A stretch of DNA of 64,000 bases from Candidatus Omnitrophota bacterium (GTDB lineage: Bacteria; Omnitrophota; Gorgyraeia; JABMRG01; JAFGKX01), in contig JAZDPX010000033.1 in NCBI GenBank assembly GCA_043797125.1, forward strand, positions 34,527 to 98,526, in the 5' to 3' direction. Below the pieces are notes generated by a model. That model was not told where the DNA came from and did not search any database. It saw nothing but the letters and a program-made list of their open reading frames with translations. Each line of letters begins with the position of its first letter. Within the stretch, counting starts at the first letter, position 1. Positions 27,352 through 36,902 of this stretch are shown here, one piece after another. The translations under genes and the position numbers were made by a program.

Positions 27352-29157
27352 TTATGCTTTGCTTATGGAGAATAATTTCTCGGCCCAAATGTCGGCCCAT
27401 TTTTCGTCCGCTTGCCCATATTTGTCAAGAAACGCGCGGCGGGCCTTTTGTATATCAGCGCCCTGCCACCACTGTCCGGCCTTATCATATATCTCGTTTA
27501 ACTTTAAGGCGGCGGACTTGGGGTCCTGATAAAGCACGCCCGCTTTTTCAAGCATATCAAAATACGCCTTTGCCTTATTCTTAATCCGCCAGGAATTAAA
27601 ATCTATGTAAGATATTAAAGGCACATTCATGGCCAATGCTTCGACAAAAGTCGTAACCGGATAATCTACGATTACAACTTTGGCTTTTCTGATCCAATCA
27701 ACGGCCTTTTTATCTTGCGCCCATTTTATAAAAGGAGCTCTGCTTGCGATAAATTCCTTTATGTTTCTTCCGAAATCTTCTTTAAGCGGCCTATAATAGA
27801 ATTTATCCGATAAAGCAGGCGATATGTTTTCTAAAAACAGGGCCTGGTTTTGGAAATAGGAATTTATTTCTTCCGGGCCGGGATTGCTGCCTATCCTGTG
27901 CGGATACCTTGAGAAGTTAGCGGCTATAAACACCGCGAGATCTTCTTCTTTGCCCTTCAGGCTCAAGGCCTTATCCTTTATTTTAGAAAGGTGCGGGCTT
28001 GGGGCTGGTATTATCTTGCAGGGATATTCCGTATCGTCCCAGCCCCAGCTGAAAAATAAATCTTTGTTACGCAACTCAAAAAGAGCCGTGGGCTGATAAA
28101 GACATGAGCCGTGGTCTCCTCCGTGCTGAACGCCGGCTAATTTGGCGCCTCTTTCTTTCATTTCGGCGGCGTAAATCTTAAAGACATCGTTTAGATACCA
28201 GCCGACGGCTGATATTATGATTTTGGGCACGGGCCTTTTAATGGCAATTGCGCGCTCGCGTATAGACGCGTACCCCTCAAGGCAGTATCTTGGCACGGAA
28301 TACGGCAAAAGTTTCTTCAATAAAACGATAAAAGGATCGTCAGCCCTGCTATTTTTAAGCCTTAGTTTTGAACGAAGTTTTTCGTCGTATGGGTATTGCT
28401 CGTCTCCCCAGAACGGAAAAAATGTATTCATGCTGATAACGGACTTAAGCCTTAGCTCCAGAGAAAAAAGATCCACCAGGCTCATATGATACATATCGAC
28501 CATCGCTATTTCACCATAACCGAAGAACAGTTTTCGCAGCTCCAGCGTAGCGCGTTTAACGTGAGTCTTAAACCTATCTACGGCTATGTGATTGCTTCTG
28601 CTGAGCCTTTTCGCCTTTTCTTTTTTAAAATCTATCCGCTCGTTATCTATGCCTTCGAATAATACTATTTGCGAGATCAGTTGAAGATTGAAATAGTCGT
28701 CCGTTATCTTGTTCGCCATAAAATCAAAGGTGCTTGTCGGAGCAAAAGAATCATCCAAGTCCACCACGTGGGTATAAATCGCGCCTGAGTGCTCGTTTAA
28801 CGTTTTTTGGACCCTTTTATACCTTTCGTGCGCGGCGTTTATGTAATATATAAGCCATGAATTTAATACAACCGACCAATAATCCGCGTTCTTATTAACC
28901 GCATGCACTTCATTTAAGGCTTCTGTAAGGCCGTTAAGTATAACGTCATAGGCGCTTTCGCAATATTTTGCGTTTTCCAGCAAATTAACCGTGGAGTAAT
29001 TTATATCAGAAGGCGGTATTATCCTTTTGCCAGGGCCGTGTTTGTAACCGTTATTAACGCACCATGGCGCCAAAAGAACAATATCCGCAGACTTATCCCA
29101 TATCTCGCTTAAAGCTGTTGTTGCCAAATATTTTCTGGCAGCAGTCACGGTTTTCAT
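27352..29157 (-). CDS. Hypothetical 601-aa protein, possible sugar transferase
   Basis: No recognised motif. Large soluble proteins of this kind commonly flank WbuX-type amidotransferases in O-antigen loci. The C-terminal part resembles a GT-B-like Rossmann domain. Confidence 0.3.
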   Translation of the reverse strand: MKTVTAARKYLATTALSEIWDKSADIVLLAPWCVNNGYKHGPGKRIIPPSDINYSTVNLLENAKYCESAYDVILNGLTEALNEVHAVNKNADYWSVVLNSWLIYYINAAHERYKRVQKTLNEHSGAIYTHVVDLDDSFAPTSTFDFMANKITDDYFNLQLISQIVLFEGIDNERIDFKKEKAKRLSRSNHIAVDRFKTHVKRATLELRKLFFGYGEIAMVDMYHMSLVDLFSLELRLKSVISMNTFFPFWGDEQYPYDEKLRSKLRLKNSRADDPFIVLLKKLLPYSVPRYCLEGYASIRERAIAIKRPVPKIIISAVGWYLNDVFKIYAAEMKERGAKLAGVQHGGDHGSCLYQPTALFELRNKDLFFSWGWDDTEYPCKIIPAPSPHLSKIKDKALSLKGKEEDLAVFIAANFSRYPHRIGSNPGPEEINSYFQNQALFLENISPALSDKFYYRPLKEDFGRNIKEFIASRAPFIKWAQDKKAVDWIRKAKVVIVDYPVTTFVEALAMNVPLISYIDFNSWRIKNKAKAYFDMLEKAGVLYQDPKSAALKLNEIYDKAGQWWQGADIQKARRAFLDKYGQADEKWADIWAEKLFSISKA

Positions 29158-29161
29158 AGCT

Positions 29162-31204
29162 TTACAGGTAACTCGTTTCGTAAAGAAGGTCTCTTTTATT
29201 CATATATTCAACCATTTTTCTTAGGGTCTGATTCATATCAGGGCACTTAAATTGCTCATAGAGCGTGCGCAGTGTCTTTGCCTGATCCGGCGGAAGCGTA
29301 AATTTTAACTTAACGCCATGATTCCTGTACTCGGATAACTGCTTATTATAACCGTCGTGTTTCCATTTTAGAACATCGTGCTTAAACTCCAGGACATTAT
29401 CCGCGTTTAAATTTTCTAAACCTCGGGAAAAATCTATAAAAATATTTTCGCTGAACCTTCGTAAATCCTCAAACTCGCCTGATTCCACGAAAACCGCCGC
29501 TGTTTTGTGTTTGGCCAACATTGCGCCGGCGGTCTTAAACAGATAATCGCCGAAATCCTTCTTGGCTTCGAATAGAAATCTGTACGTGTACCTATAATTT
29601 AATTTGCCAAAGCCGCCCAGGGCAATGGCTTTAAAGTTTTGCGGCTTTGAATAATACTCAAAGAGTTTTTGTTTTGTATCAAACCACTCATTATACATCT
29701 CTTCAATAAAATCCTTAAATATATTACGCACGGAAACAGGCGCTGTATCCTTTTTATCGATAAGAGCAATAATAAAATCAACAGGGTTTATGCCGTTGCA
29801 TTTAAGAAAGTGGGGCAGCTCCAGATAATATTTGTAGCTCCAAAGAAATTGTATTAAAAAATGTATCGGCCTAAAATATAGAATATCCTCTTCTGTCATG
29901 GTGCTTGTATGAAGCACCATCTCTTCCTGTTCAATGGAAACAATATCCGCATATTTACCAAAACCTCCGTCTATCAGCCTGTGCTTTGTCTTAATGTCAA
30001 ATCTTTCTCTCTCTTCCGGAGTATCCAGCTCGCTTCCGCTCAGCATTCTTAGGTTGTAGCACGAAATGCCGGCAGCGCCATAATCAAAAAGCTCCCTTAA
30101 GCCTGCCAGATGCGATTCTTTTGTCTCGCCGGGCAGCCCCAATATCAGCTCAGAATATGTGCAAATACCCTTTTTATTGAAATGGCCCTGAATTTTTTTA
30201 AACGCGTCGATATTTATATTTTGCCTTTTTATATTCTTTGCAACCAGCGGATCCATTGTCTGGAATGAGCTGGTTACGCTTATCATGTCGCTTAAGGTTT
30301 CTGCTATTTTTATCATCCTGTTTGGCGTTGCCTTTGCTCCGCTAGCTGAAATGTGCCGCGGGTATCCATATTTATCTCTGATTACCCTTAAAAATTCGGC
30401 AATCTCGATATCCCTGTTAAGTATGCCGAAATTTGCGTCAGCCACATAAAGGATATCTGTCTTTTTTATCTTTTTTGTAATATATTCAATTTCCTGCTTC
30501 ACCCTTTCAAGCCCGAATGGGAAAATCCTGTTTTGGCTTGCCTTTCCCCACGCGCAATATGTGCATGAATAAGGACAGCCTCTGTTGGTTTCAATTAAAG
30601 GGATTAGGTTGAATTTGAAGAATTCATCCAATATGCCGCTAAGATAAGGGGACGGTATTTGGTCTAAATTTTCTATATATTCGTATTTCTTTGACGCAAC
30701 CACCTCATTGGCGCTTTTGTCATAAAATGAACAATTTTTCACAAAAGCCTTCTTCATCTGTGCTATGCCAGAGGACTCAAAATACCTTTTCAGTAAATTT
30801 ACAAAACCGTTTTCGCCCTGGTCAATTACGCAGAAGTCAAGGCACGGCCTTTCTTCAAAATACCTGAGGCGGTCCTGGCAATCAACAGGATAGTCAGGCC
30901 CTCCGTAAACAGTCAGTATATCCTGCGATATGGATTTAACATGGGAAATAATTCTATTATTAATATCGAGATTCCATGTATAATTACCTAAACCCACTAT
31001 GTGGGGCTTTTTTTTCTCTATGGCTTCGATCAAATCCTTTGGGAATTTAAATAATCTAACTTCTATTTTATCGCCATAAAACTTTTTAGCGTACGAAGCT
31101 ACATATCCTATATTAATAGGGAAGGTATGCGGGCCTTTAGCAGCATAGTTGTGCACCAAGTCCGCAAGGTAAATTATGCATTTTTTTCCTATAACCTTAT
31201 TCAT
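29162..31204 (-). CDS. B12-binding (class B) radical SAM enzyme
   Basis: N-terminal cobalamin-binding-like Rossmann domain followed by RGCPYSCTYCAWG (Cx3Cx2C); 680 aa. Confidence 0.75.
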   Translation of the reverse strand: MNKVIGKKCIIYLADLVHNYAAKGPHTFPINIGYVASYAKKFYGDKIEVRLFKFPKDLIEAIEKKKPHIVGLGNYTWNLDINNRIISHVKSISQDILTVYGGPDYPVDCQDRLRYFEERPCLDFCVIDQGENGFVNLLKRYFESSGIAQMKKAFVKNCSFYDKSANEVVASKKYEYIENLDQIPSPYLSGILDEFFKFNLIPLIETNRGCPYSCTYCAWGKASQNRIFPFGLERVKQEIEYITKKIKKTDILYVADANFGILNRDIEIAEFLRVIRDKYGYPRHISASGAKATPNRMIKIAETLSDMISVTSSFQTMDPLVAKNIKRQNINIDAFKKIQGHFNKKGICTYSELILGLPGETKESHLAGLRELFDYGAAGISCYNLRMLSGSELDTPEERERFDIKTKHRLIDGGFGKYADIVSIEQEEMVLHTSTMTEEDILYFRPIHFLIQFLWSYKYYLELPHFLKCNGINPVDFIIALIDKKDTAPVSVRNIFKDFIEEMYNEWFDTKQKLFEYYSKPQNFKAIALGGFGKLNYRYTYRFLFEAKKDFGDYLFKTAGAMLAKHKTAAVFVESGEFEDLRRFSENIFIDFSRGLENLNADNVLEFKHDVLKWKHDGYNKQLSEYRNHGVKLKFTLPPDQAKTLRTLYEQFKCPDMNQTLRKMVEYMNKRDLLYETSYL

Positions 31205-31207
31205 ACA

Positions 31208-31903
31208 CTATCTTTTTAACAAAGCTTCTGCAAGTTTGAAATCCGTCATATCGTCTATCTCTATTGATCTTTCCTTAGGCATAATATAAGCGTAAGTTTG
31301 CCTGCCATAGTAACTTTTGTGCTTTTTGATATAATCTGCAAAGCCTAAAAATATAGCGCCGTTTAGTTGGAAAAATTTCGGCAAATACTGCGAATTTTTA
31401 CCTCTTACGCTTCTGGGAAGAAAATCTTTCAGGCATCCATCGGGAGGCAAAATATTCATCCACATGGGGTGGTGAAAAGCCTCGCAAATGGATATTATTG
31501 CCTTTGCCTTTTTTTTGAACAAAAATTCAACAGCATCGTCTATGTCTTTGCTCGTCCTAAAGGGACACGGAGGCTGCAATATAACCGCAATATCAAAACA
31601 TATGCCTTTTTTTTCGTAAAACTTCAGGGCGTGAACAACAACATCAAAAAGTGGCACCTCATCACCGGAAAGGTCCCGCGGTCTCATAAACGGGACTTCC
31701 GCATTATACCCGCGGGCGACTTTAGCAATCTTCGGGCTATCAGTGCTTACTATTATTTTGTCCAAATATTTGCTCTTTTTTGCCTGCTCTATGGTCCGAC
31801 CGATCAGGGGCTTACCCAATAAAGGCTTTATATTTTTATAAGGCAGCCTTTTGCTGCCGCCTCTTGCGGGAATCACGGCTAATATGCTTTTGCTCTTATA
31901 CAT
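31208..31903 (-). CDS. CMP-nonulosonic/ulosonic acid synthetase family (NeuA/PseF/KdsB-like cytidylyltransferase)
   Basis: ILAVIPARGGSKRLPYKNIKPLLGKPLIGRTIE...IVSTDS is the NeuA family signature. Confidence 0.7.
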   Translation of the reverse strand: MYKSKSILAVIPARGGSKRLPYKNIKPLLGKPLIGRTIEQAKKSKYLDKIIVSTDSPKIAKVARGYNAEVPFMRPRDLSGDEVPLFDVVVHALKFYEKKGICFDIAVILQPPCPFRTSKDIDDAVEFLFKKKAKAIISICEAFHHPMWMNILPPDGCLKDFLPRSVRGKNSQYLPKFFQLNGAIFLGFADYIKKHKSYYGRQTYAYIMPKERSIEIDDMTDFKLAEALLKR

Positions 31904-31918
31904 AACTTTTACCCCGGT

Positions 31919-33202
31919 TTATTTTTTCCACGCCGGCATATGAGACTTAGGCTGATATTTTTTAATCAGCATGGTCCTTTCTCTTAATAAATCTTCGGCT
32001 GACAAGGCCTTGGTCCTCACCCTTGCTTCGGCCAGCCCTTGGCCGTGAGTATGCGCTCCCAGGCCCTCTCCTAGGAATTGTAAATCAATATCCTTATTCT
32101 GATCCATGGCTTTCCTTATCGCGGTCCCCTTATAAGGATAATAGATCGCGAGCTGGAAATCATCCAGGCCAAAAATATCAATTGATTTTCGGATGAATTC
32201 CTCGGTTTCGGAAATTGTTTTATGGTCCTCGCCGGGCAGGCCCAACATCATGTACGCCTTTACTCCTATACCGTAATTTTTCGCTATTCTGATAAAATCG
32301 TAGTTTTGCTGAACGGAAGTCTTTTTGTTTATAGCGTCAAGTATTTTCTGGCTTCCTGATTCGGCGCCGAAAGCCATTTCGCAGCAACCTGCGTCTTTGA
32401 GGGCCGCGGCTAGCTTATCGTTCATAAATTTTGCGTGGGCGTTGCATCTAAACAGCAGCCCGCTTTCTTTGATAACATCCAGATAGGGTTTTATCATCGC
32501 CAGATTTATCGCAAACATATCGTCGGGAATATAAAAGGCCTCATACCCAAGCGTCTTTATGTCAGCCAATTCCCTAGCAGCCAAATCCACGCTATGCCAC
32601 CTTGTCGTAGACCTTGCGCTCGCGCAGAAGTTGCACGCCAACGGGCAACCCCTGCCGACAATCAATATGGTGGATTTTAATCCGGGCCTAAGCTCGTAGC
32701 GATGCCTTGCCAAAAAGTCTTTTCTTCCGATTCTGTCCGGCTTCGGGATAAGTTCCAGCTCTTTTCTCATCAGGATATCGTCTAAAATCCTGTCTTTAGC
32801 CTCGCCTTTTAGTATCTTCACTATGTCTCTTTCGCCGTCGCCTTTAACCATGTAATCCCAGGTCTCTTTAGCCACGTCATCGGTATAATAAGTGACGTGG
32901 GGGCCTCCGGCTATCATAACCTTTTTGGGCCACACGGACTTTACGCTGTTTAAAATGGCGGTGGCCTCTTTTCTCTGCGGGGTCATTATAGAAACACCGA
33001 TGGCATCAAAGCCCTCGAATCGCCTTAGCCCGGCATCCGTTAAATCGTAATCGTCGTCGATTTCAACCTTCACGTGCGGCAAATCCCTTTTTACTGCTGC
33101 GTCCAGATATAAAACCCCCATAGGCGCGTGGACTCTGGGGTCATCCAAATACGGGCTTTTGCAGGTTAACAGCAATATGCTTTTTAGCGGCTTGGCATTC
33201 AT
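31919..33202 (-). CDS. B12-binding (class B) radical SAM enzyme
   Basis: VGRGCPLACNFCAS cluster after an N-terminal B12-binding-like domain; 427 aa. Confidence 0.75.
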   Translation of the reverse strand: MNAKPLKSILLLTCKSPYLDDPRVHAPMGVLYLDAAVKRDLPHVKVEIDDDYDLTDAGLRRFEGFDAIGVSIMTPQRKEATAILNSVKSVWPKKVMIAGGPHVTYYTDDVAKETWDYMVKGDGERDIVKILKGEAKDRILDDILMRKELELIPKPDRIGRKDFLARHRYELRPGLKSTILIVGRGCPLACNFCASARSTTRWHSVDLAARELADIKTLGYEAFYIPDDMFAINLAMIKPYLDVIKESGLLFRCNAHAKFMNDKLAAALKDAGCCEMAFGAESGSQKILDAINKKTSVQQNYDFIRIAKNYGIGVKAYMMLGLPGEDHKTISETEEFIRKSIDIFGLDDFQLAIYYPYKGTAIRKAMDQNKDIDLQFLGEGLGAHTHGQGLAEARVRTKALSAEDLLRERTMLIKKYQPKSHMPAWKK

Positions 33203-33218
33203 TATATGATTTCCTTTT

Positions 33219-34319
33219 TTAAGAAATCTTATCCCAGGTTATCCCTTCTTCTTCTTTTATATCAACATTTGCTTTTCTTCCGATAAGCATATCAAAAAAT
33301 TTCGGATACAGTCCGTCTCCGGATCTTTTACAGGTAATCATATCTTTTTTAAGAACGGTTCCTTTTAAGATGTTTCGGCTGGCAACGACCTTTCTCCTGC
33401 CATATAAATAAGCCCCTTTTTCTTCGGGCAGCAAAGTCCTGATATACGAACCCAGACAAACTTCCGCTTCTCTTATATTTTTTACCATCTGCTTTAGGTC
33501 TTGCGCATCAACAGATATGGCGTGGTCTGAGGTGCCGGTTAATGTTTTGTCCACTGTATAATGTTTCTCTATTAATTTGGCTCCCAAAGAAGCCGCTATA
33601 GCCGGAATATTAATTCCGAGCGTGTGGTCCGAAAATCCTATCGGATAATCCGGAAATAATTTCTGCAGGCTTCGGATAAAATTCAAATTAGCTATTTTTG
33701 CGCTAGCCGGATAGGCGACTATACAATGCAAAGGAATAAGCCGGTCGTTTCCGGATGATTTCATCGCCTCTATCGCTTCTTCTATCTCCCCGATACTGCA
33801 CATGCCTGCCGAAAAGGCAACGGGCCTGCCTTTCTTGGCCACATATTTTAAAAAAGGTATGTTTGTCAGGTCTGTTGCAGCCAGTTTATACAAAGGGATA
33901 TCGAGTTCCTCCAAAAAATCCGCATTTTCATAATCAAACGGCGTGGAAAAGAATATTATTCCCTTTTTCCTGCAATAGCCGGCTATCTGCCTAAACTCAT
34001 CCTTGGTCAATGATTTTTCCTGCTTGTATTTCTTTAACTGTGAAGTCCCGCCTTTTTTATCAACCCAAAAAAATGGCACTGTCTTTGTTACGAGCTTCTT
34101 TGGGTCATAATGCTGAAATTTGATGGCATCTGCTCTTGCCTTGAGTGCGCCGTCAACCAATTTCTTAGCAAGCTCCAAACTGCCCTCGTGGTTGCAGCCT
34201 GCTTCAGCTACGATAAAAGCAGGGCAACCTTCTCCTATAAATTTATCCGCTACTTTAATTTTTTTCATTTCTAATCTCCAATACGGCATCAATAATTCTG
34301 TCAACGCCTTCACCGTCAA
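33219..34319 (-). CDS. N-acetylneuraminate synthase family (NeuB/PseI/LegI-like) with C-terminal SAF domain
   Basis: FIVAEAGCNHEGSLELAKKLVDGALKARADAIKFQ TIM-barrel signature. The likely true start is M18 (about 34268). Confidence 0.8.
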   Translation of the reverse strand: MTVKALTELLMPYWRLEMKKIKVADKFIGEGCPAFIVAEAGCNHEGSLELAKKLVDGALKARADAIKFQHYDPKKLVTKTVPFFWVDKKGGTSQLKKYKQEKSLTKDEFRQIAGYCRKKGIIFFSTPFDYENADFLEELDIPLYKLAATDLTNIPFLKYVAKKGRPVAFSAGMCSIGEIEEAIEAMKSSGNDRLIPLHCIVAYPASAKIANLNFIRSLQKLFPDYPIGFSDHTLGINIPAIAASLGAKLIEKHYTVDKTLTGTSDHAISVDAQDLKQMVKNIREAEVCLGSYIRTLLPEEKGAYLYGRRKVVASRNILKGTVLKKDMITCKRSGDGLYPKFFDMLIGRKANVDIKEEEGITWDKIS

Positions 34320-35259
34320 CTGTTTTCTGCCCCTTCCTGCTCATTCTCTCTCTCAAAGATTTGTTCAAAATAATATTTTTTATATCTGAGGCTAGTTTTT
34401 CTTCATCGTTAGAAAAATAACCATAAGTGATTACGCTTTTCCACTTTTGAAATTCTTTTAGCCTGCCATATTCTAATTCATTCTGGGCAAAGACCACTCC
34501 GGGCGTGCCTGTGGCTGCCAGCTCGCATATTGTGCGGCCGCCGGAGACAAATGCCAAATCGGAATCCAGCATCAAACTCAGCATGTCGGCGACTTTTCTA
34601 TTTATAATAAATCTCTTTGGGTTTGTCATCCGCCGCAGAAGTTTGTCTATTTTTCTCTCGCTGCCAAAACCCGGGCCTATAACAACATTAACGCGAGAGG
34701 CAAGGCCTAATTTATCCAACACCTTCATCAGTTTTAATGTTAAATTATTAACATCAGAACCGCCGAAAGATACAAGTAAATTTTTTGCGATGTTTTTAAT
34801 CTTCTTTTTCCTTAAATTCTTAAATTTAGAATCAAGGATGGCGTGTCTTGGCCCATACAGGCATTTGACATCCTTAGAATGGTATAATAAATTAATCACA
34901 ATATCTGCTTTCAGGCGGCCTTTGAAATCAGACTTATGCGATACATCTATAACCGCTGCCTTAAATTTGCCCAGCCCGTCAACAAAGTCTTCTTTTAAGT
35001 TTAATAAATCCCGCACCACGATATCCGGCTTGAATTTTTTAATAGTATTTAAAAAATATTTTGTGTCCGTTATATTGACTCTTTCAATATTATATCCGTT
35101 TAAAAGAAACCCTTCTGCGCCGCTGTCGGAATCGTGCGATATCAAAAACTTTATTTTTGGGTTAAATTTTTCTCTAAACCTTTTAGCGAGAATTACGCAA
35201 TCATACAAAGCGCCCATCCCGATATTCTTATTGCCTTCCGTAATAAACAATACCTTCAT
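34255..35259 (-). CDS. PseG/SpsG-family UDP-sugar hydrolase (GT-B-like)
   Basis: The refined N-terminus MKVLFITEGNKNIGMGALYDCVILAKRF parallels the PseG N-terminal consensus. The ORF-track start is 35331. The start is refined to ATG 35259. Confidence 0.55.
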   Translation of the reverse strand: MKVLFITEGNKNIGMGALYDCVILAKRFREKFNPKIKFLISHDSDSGAEGFLLNGYNIERVNITDTKYFLNTIKKFKPDIVVRDLLNLKEDFVDGLGKFKAAVIDVSHKSDFKGRLKADIVINLLYHSKDVKCLYGPRHAILDSKFKNLRKKKIKNIAKNLLVSFGGSDVNNLTLKLMKVLDKLGLASRVNVVIGPGFGSERKIDKLLRRMTNPKRFIINRKVADMLSLMLDSDLAFVSGGRTICELAATGTPGVVFAQNELEYGRLKEFQKWKSVITYGYFSNDEEKLASDIKNIILNKSLRERMSRKGQKTVDGEGVDRIIDAVLEIRNEKN

Positions 35260-35275
35260 GTTTTTCTCGGTAAAA

Positions 35276-35515
35276 TTACTTCTCTGTGCCGTCATGAAGC
35301 CAATATCTGCCTTTATTGTAAACCTTGCCAACCTTATCCTCCAACTCCGGAGAAAGCAGCCTTAAAAGCTCCTTGCCTAAAATTCGATACTGCTTGCCAA
35401 CCTTTGCGGTTCTTATAATTCCGTTCTTTATAAGACGCATTGTTGTGCTTGAACTGACCTTTAGCAGCTGCTGCGCTTCATGGGTTGTGTACACCTCGTT
35501 TGCTTTAATCTCCAC
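35276..35515 (-). CDS. Xis/MerR-type helix-turn-helix DNA-binding protein (HTH_17-like), 79 aa
   Basis: YTTHEAQQLLKVSSSTTMRLIKNGIIRTAKVGKQYRILGKELLRLL fits the excisionase-family HTH pattern. The start lies 1 nt after the upstream stop. Confidence 0.55.
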   Translation of the reverse strand: MEIKANEVYTTHEAQQLLKVSSSTTMRLIKNGIIRTAKVGKQYRILGKELLRLLSPELEDKVGKVYNKGRYWLHDGTEK

Positions 35516-35516
35516 A

Positions 35517-36884
35517 TTAATCTCCTTTTTTGTTTAATAACGCCTCTACTGCCTTTAACAGGCGTTGTGAATACCGCGCGTCGTCATTGTATACGACATG
35601 CTTTATATCATCCTTAATTTTCCTTTCTGCCTTCGGGTCATTCGTAAACTCCACAAGTTTTCTGCAATCGTCAATAAAACTGCCTCTGTCGCTACTGACT
35701 ATAAAATGCATCTTTTTAATATAATTAAACTGTTCCCAGTTGCATCGCCTGCCCATAGAAGAAAAGCTGTCAGAGATATCATCATCAAAACCTATGCCTA
35801 AGCTGGGCTTGCCGTAGATGAACAATTCTACAATAATGGTTGATAACGGCGTAATCATGCAATCAATGCCGTTATATAGGCTGACATAATCCGTCATTTT
35901 CGGCATTACTGTCTTTGGCGTAAGGTTTATGTTCTTCTCTTTGGCATGCATGTACGCCTCTTTAACCGACTCGTCAAATGTCACATTCTTAAACCCAACA
36001 TCGAAAAAGGATTTCTCCTGCGGCCTTTTTTCTCTCCACGGATGCGGCCTGTAAAAAATATGCACGCCGGTTAATCGTTTATCTTCTATCGCGTCGTCCA
36101 AATTTTTGAGTAGGGCTGTCTCATTAAACCTTCTTAGCGAACCGCCAAAAAGTATCACCTTTTTATCAAACGGTAAATTATTTTTCTCTCTGAATTCGGC
36201 TCTAAGGCTTTGAAGCTTGGTCCCATGCAATGAATCAAACAGGCACTGGTATTGAGGCGCACCCAAGACAGCGATACGGCTATTCTTCATTCCTAACATT
36301 TTTCTTGCGTAATATGCGTTCTGTTCTCCCCATACACCCATGTAATCCGGTTTTATGTACAGCAAAAGCTTCGTTGTAACATGATCCCAGCCTGAAGGAA
36401 TTGCCAGGCTTTTTATCTTCAGAATCTTGGCAATTTTTACAAAATCCAGCTCTGCCTTATCTGCCCTTGTGGTGGGCACTATTATCAGCTTAGGTTTTAC
36501 GGCTTCTATCTTCTTACACAACGCAATATCAGGTTTAACTATAAATTCCACCAGGGCTCTTAAAACCTCAAAAATAGGAGGCCATGAAAGTACTATCTTG
36601 ATAATTCTCGCTAATGTCCACGTCGTATTATGAAGCAGGCGGTAGCTGCTGGAATGCCTGGAGACCCTGATTATAAAAGCAGCTCTTACTAAAACCCGAA
36701 GCCTGGCATCTTTATAGGAAAAATCATGGGGTATAACGTTCTTTTTGTTTATCGGGACGCTGACTCTGTTTTTGTCAATAAGATAATACACATTATATTT
36801 TTTCTCAAGCTCATCCAACGCGCCGCTTTTAATAAAATCTCTTATTATTAAATTGCTTACAACATAAAATACAATATTTTCCAT
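35517..36884 (-). CDS. Hypothetical 455-aa soluble protein, possible nonulosonic-acid transferase / GT-B-like
   Basis: No diagnostic motif. Its position between NeuB-module genes suggests a transferase. Confidence 0.3.
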   Translation of the reverse strand: MENIVFYVVSNLIIRDFIKSGALDELEKKYNVYYLIDKNRVSVPINKKNVIPHDFSYKDARLRVLVRAAFIIRVSRHSSSYRLLHNTTWTLARIIKIVLSWPPIFEVLRALVEFIVKPDIALCKKIEAVKPKLIIVPTTRADKAELDFVKIAKILKIKSLAIPSGWDHVTTKLLLYIKPDYMGVWGEQNAYYARKMLGMKNSRIAVLGAPQYQCLFDSLHGTKLQSLRAEFREKNNLPFDKKVILFGGSLRRFNETALLKNLDDAIEDKRLTGVHIFYRPHPWREKRPQEKSFFDVGFKNVTFDESVKEAYMHAKEKNINLTPKTVMPKMTDYVSLYNGIDCMITPLSTIIVELFIYGKPSLGIGFDDDISDSFSSMGRRCNWEQFNYIKKMHFIVSSDRGSFIDDCRKLVEFTNDPKAERKIKDDIKHVVYNDDARYSQRLLKAVEALLNKKGD

Positions 36885-36902
36885 AATATAGCTGTCGCCT
36901 TT

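Noticed and set aside
35276-35515. Xis-type HTH as evidence of a prophage or integrative element
   Set aside because: No integrase, recombinase, phage structural or att-like elements are present anywhere in the 64 kb. The ORF is translationally nested in a biosynthetic operon.
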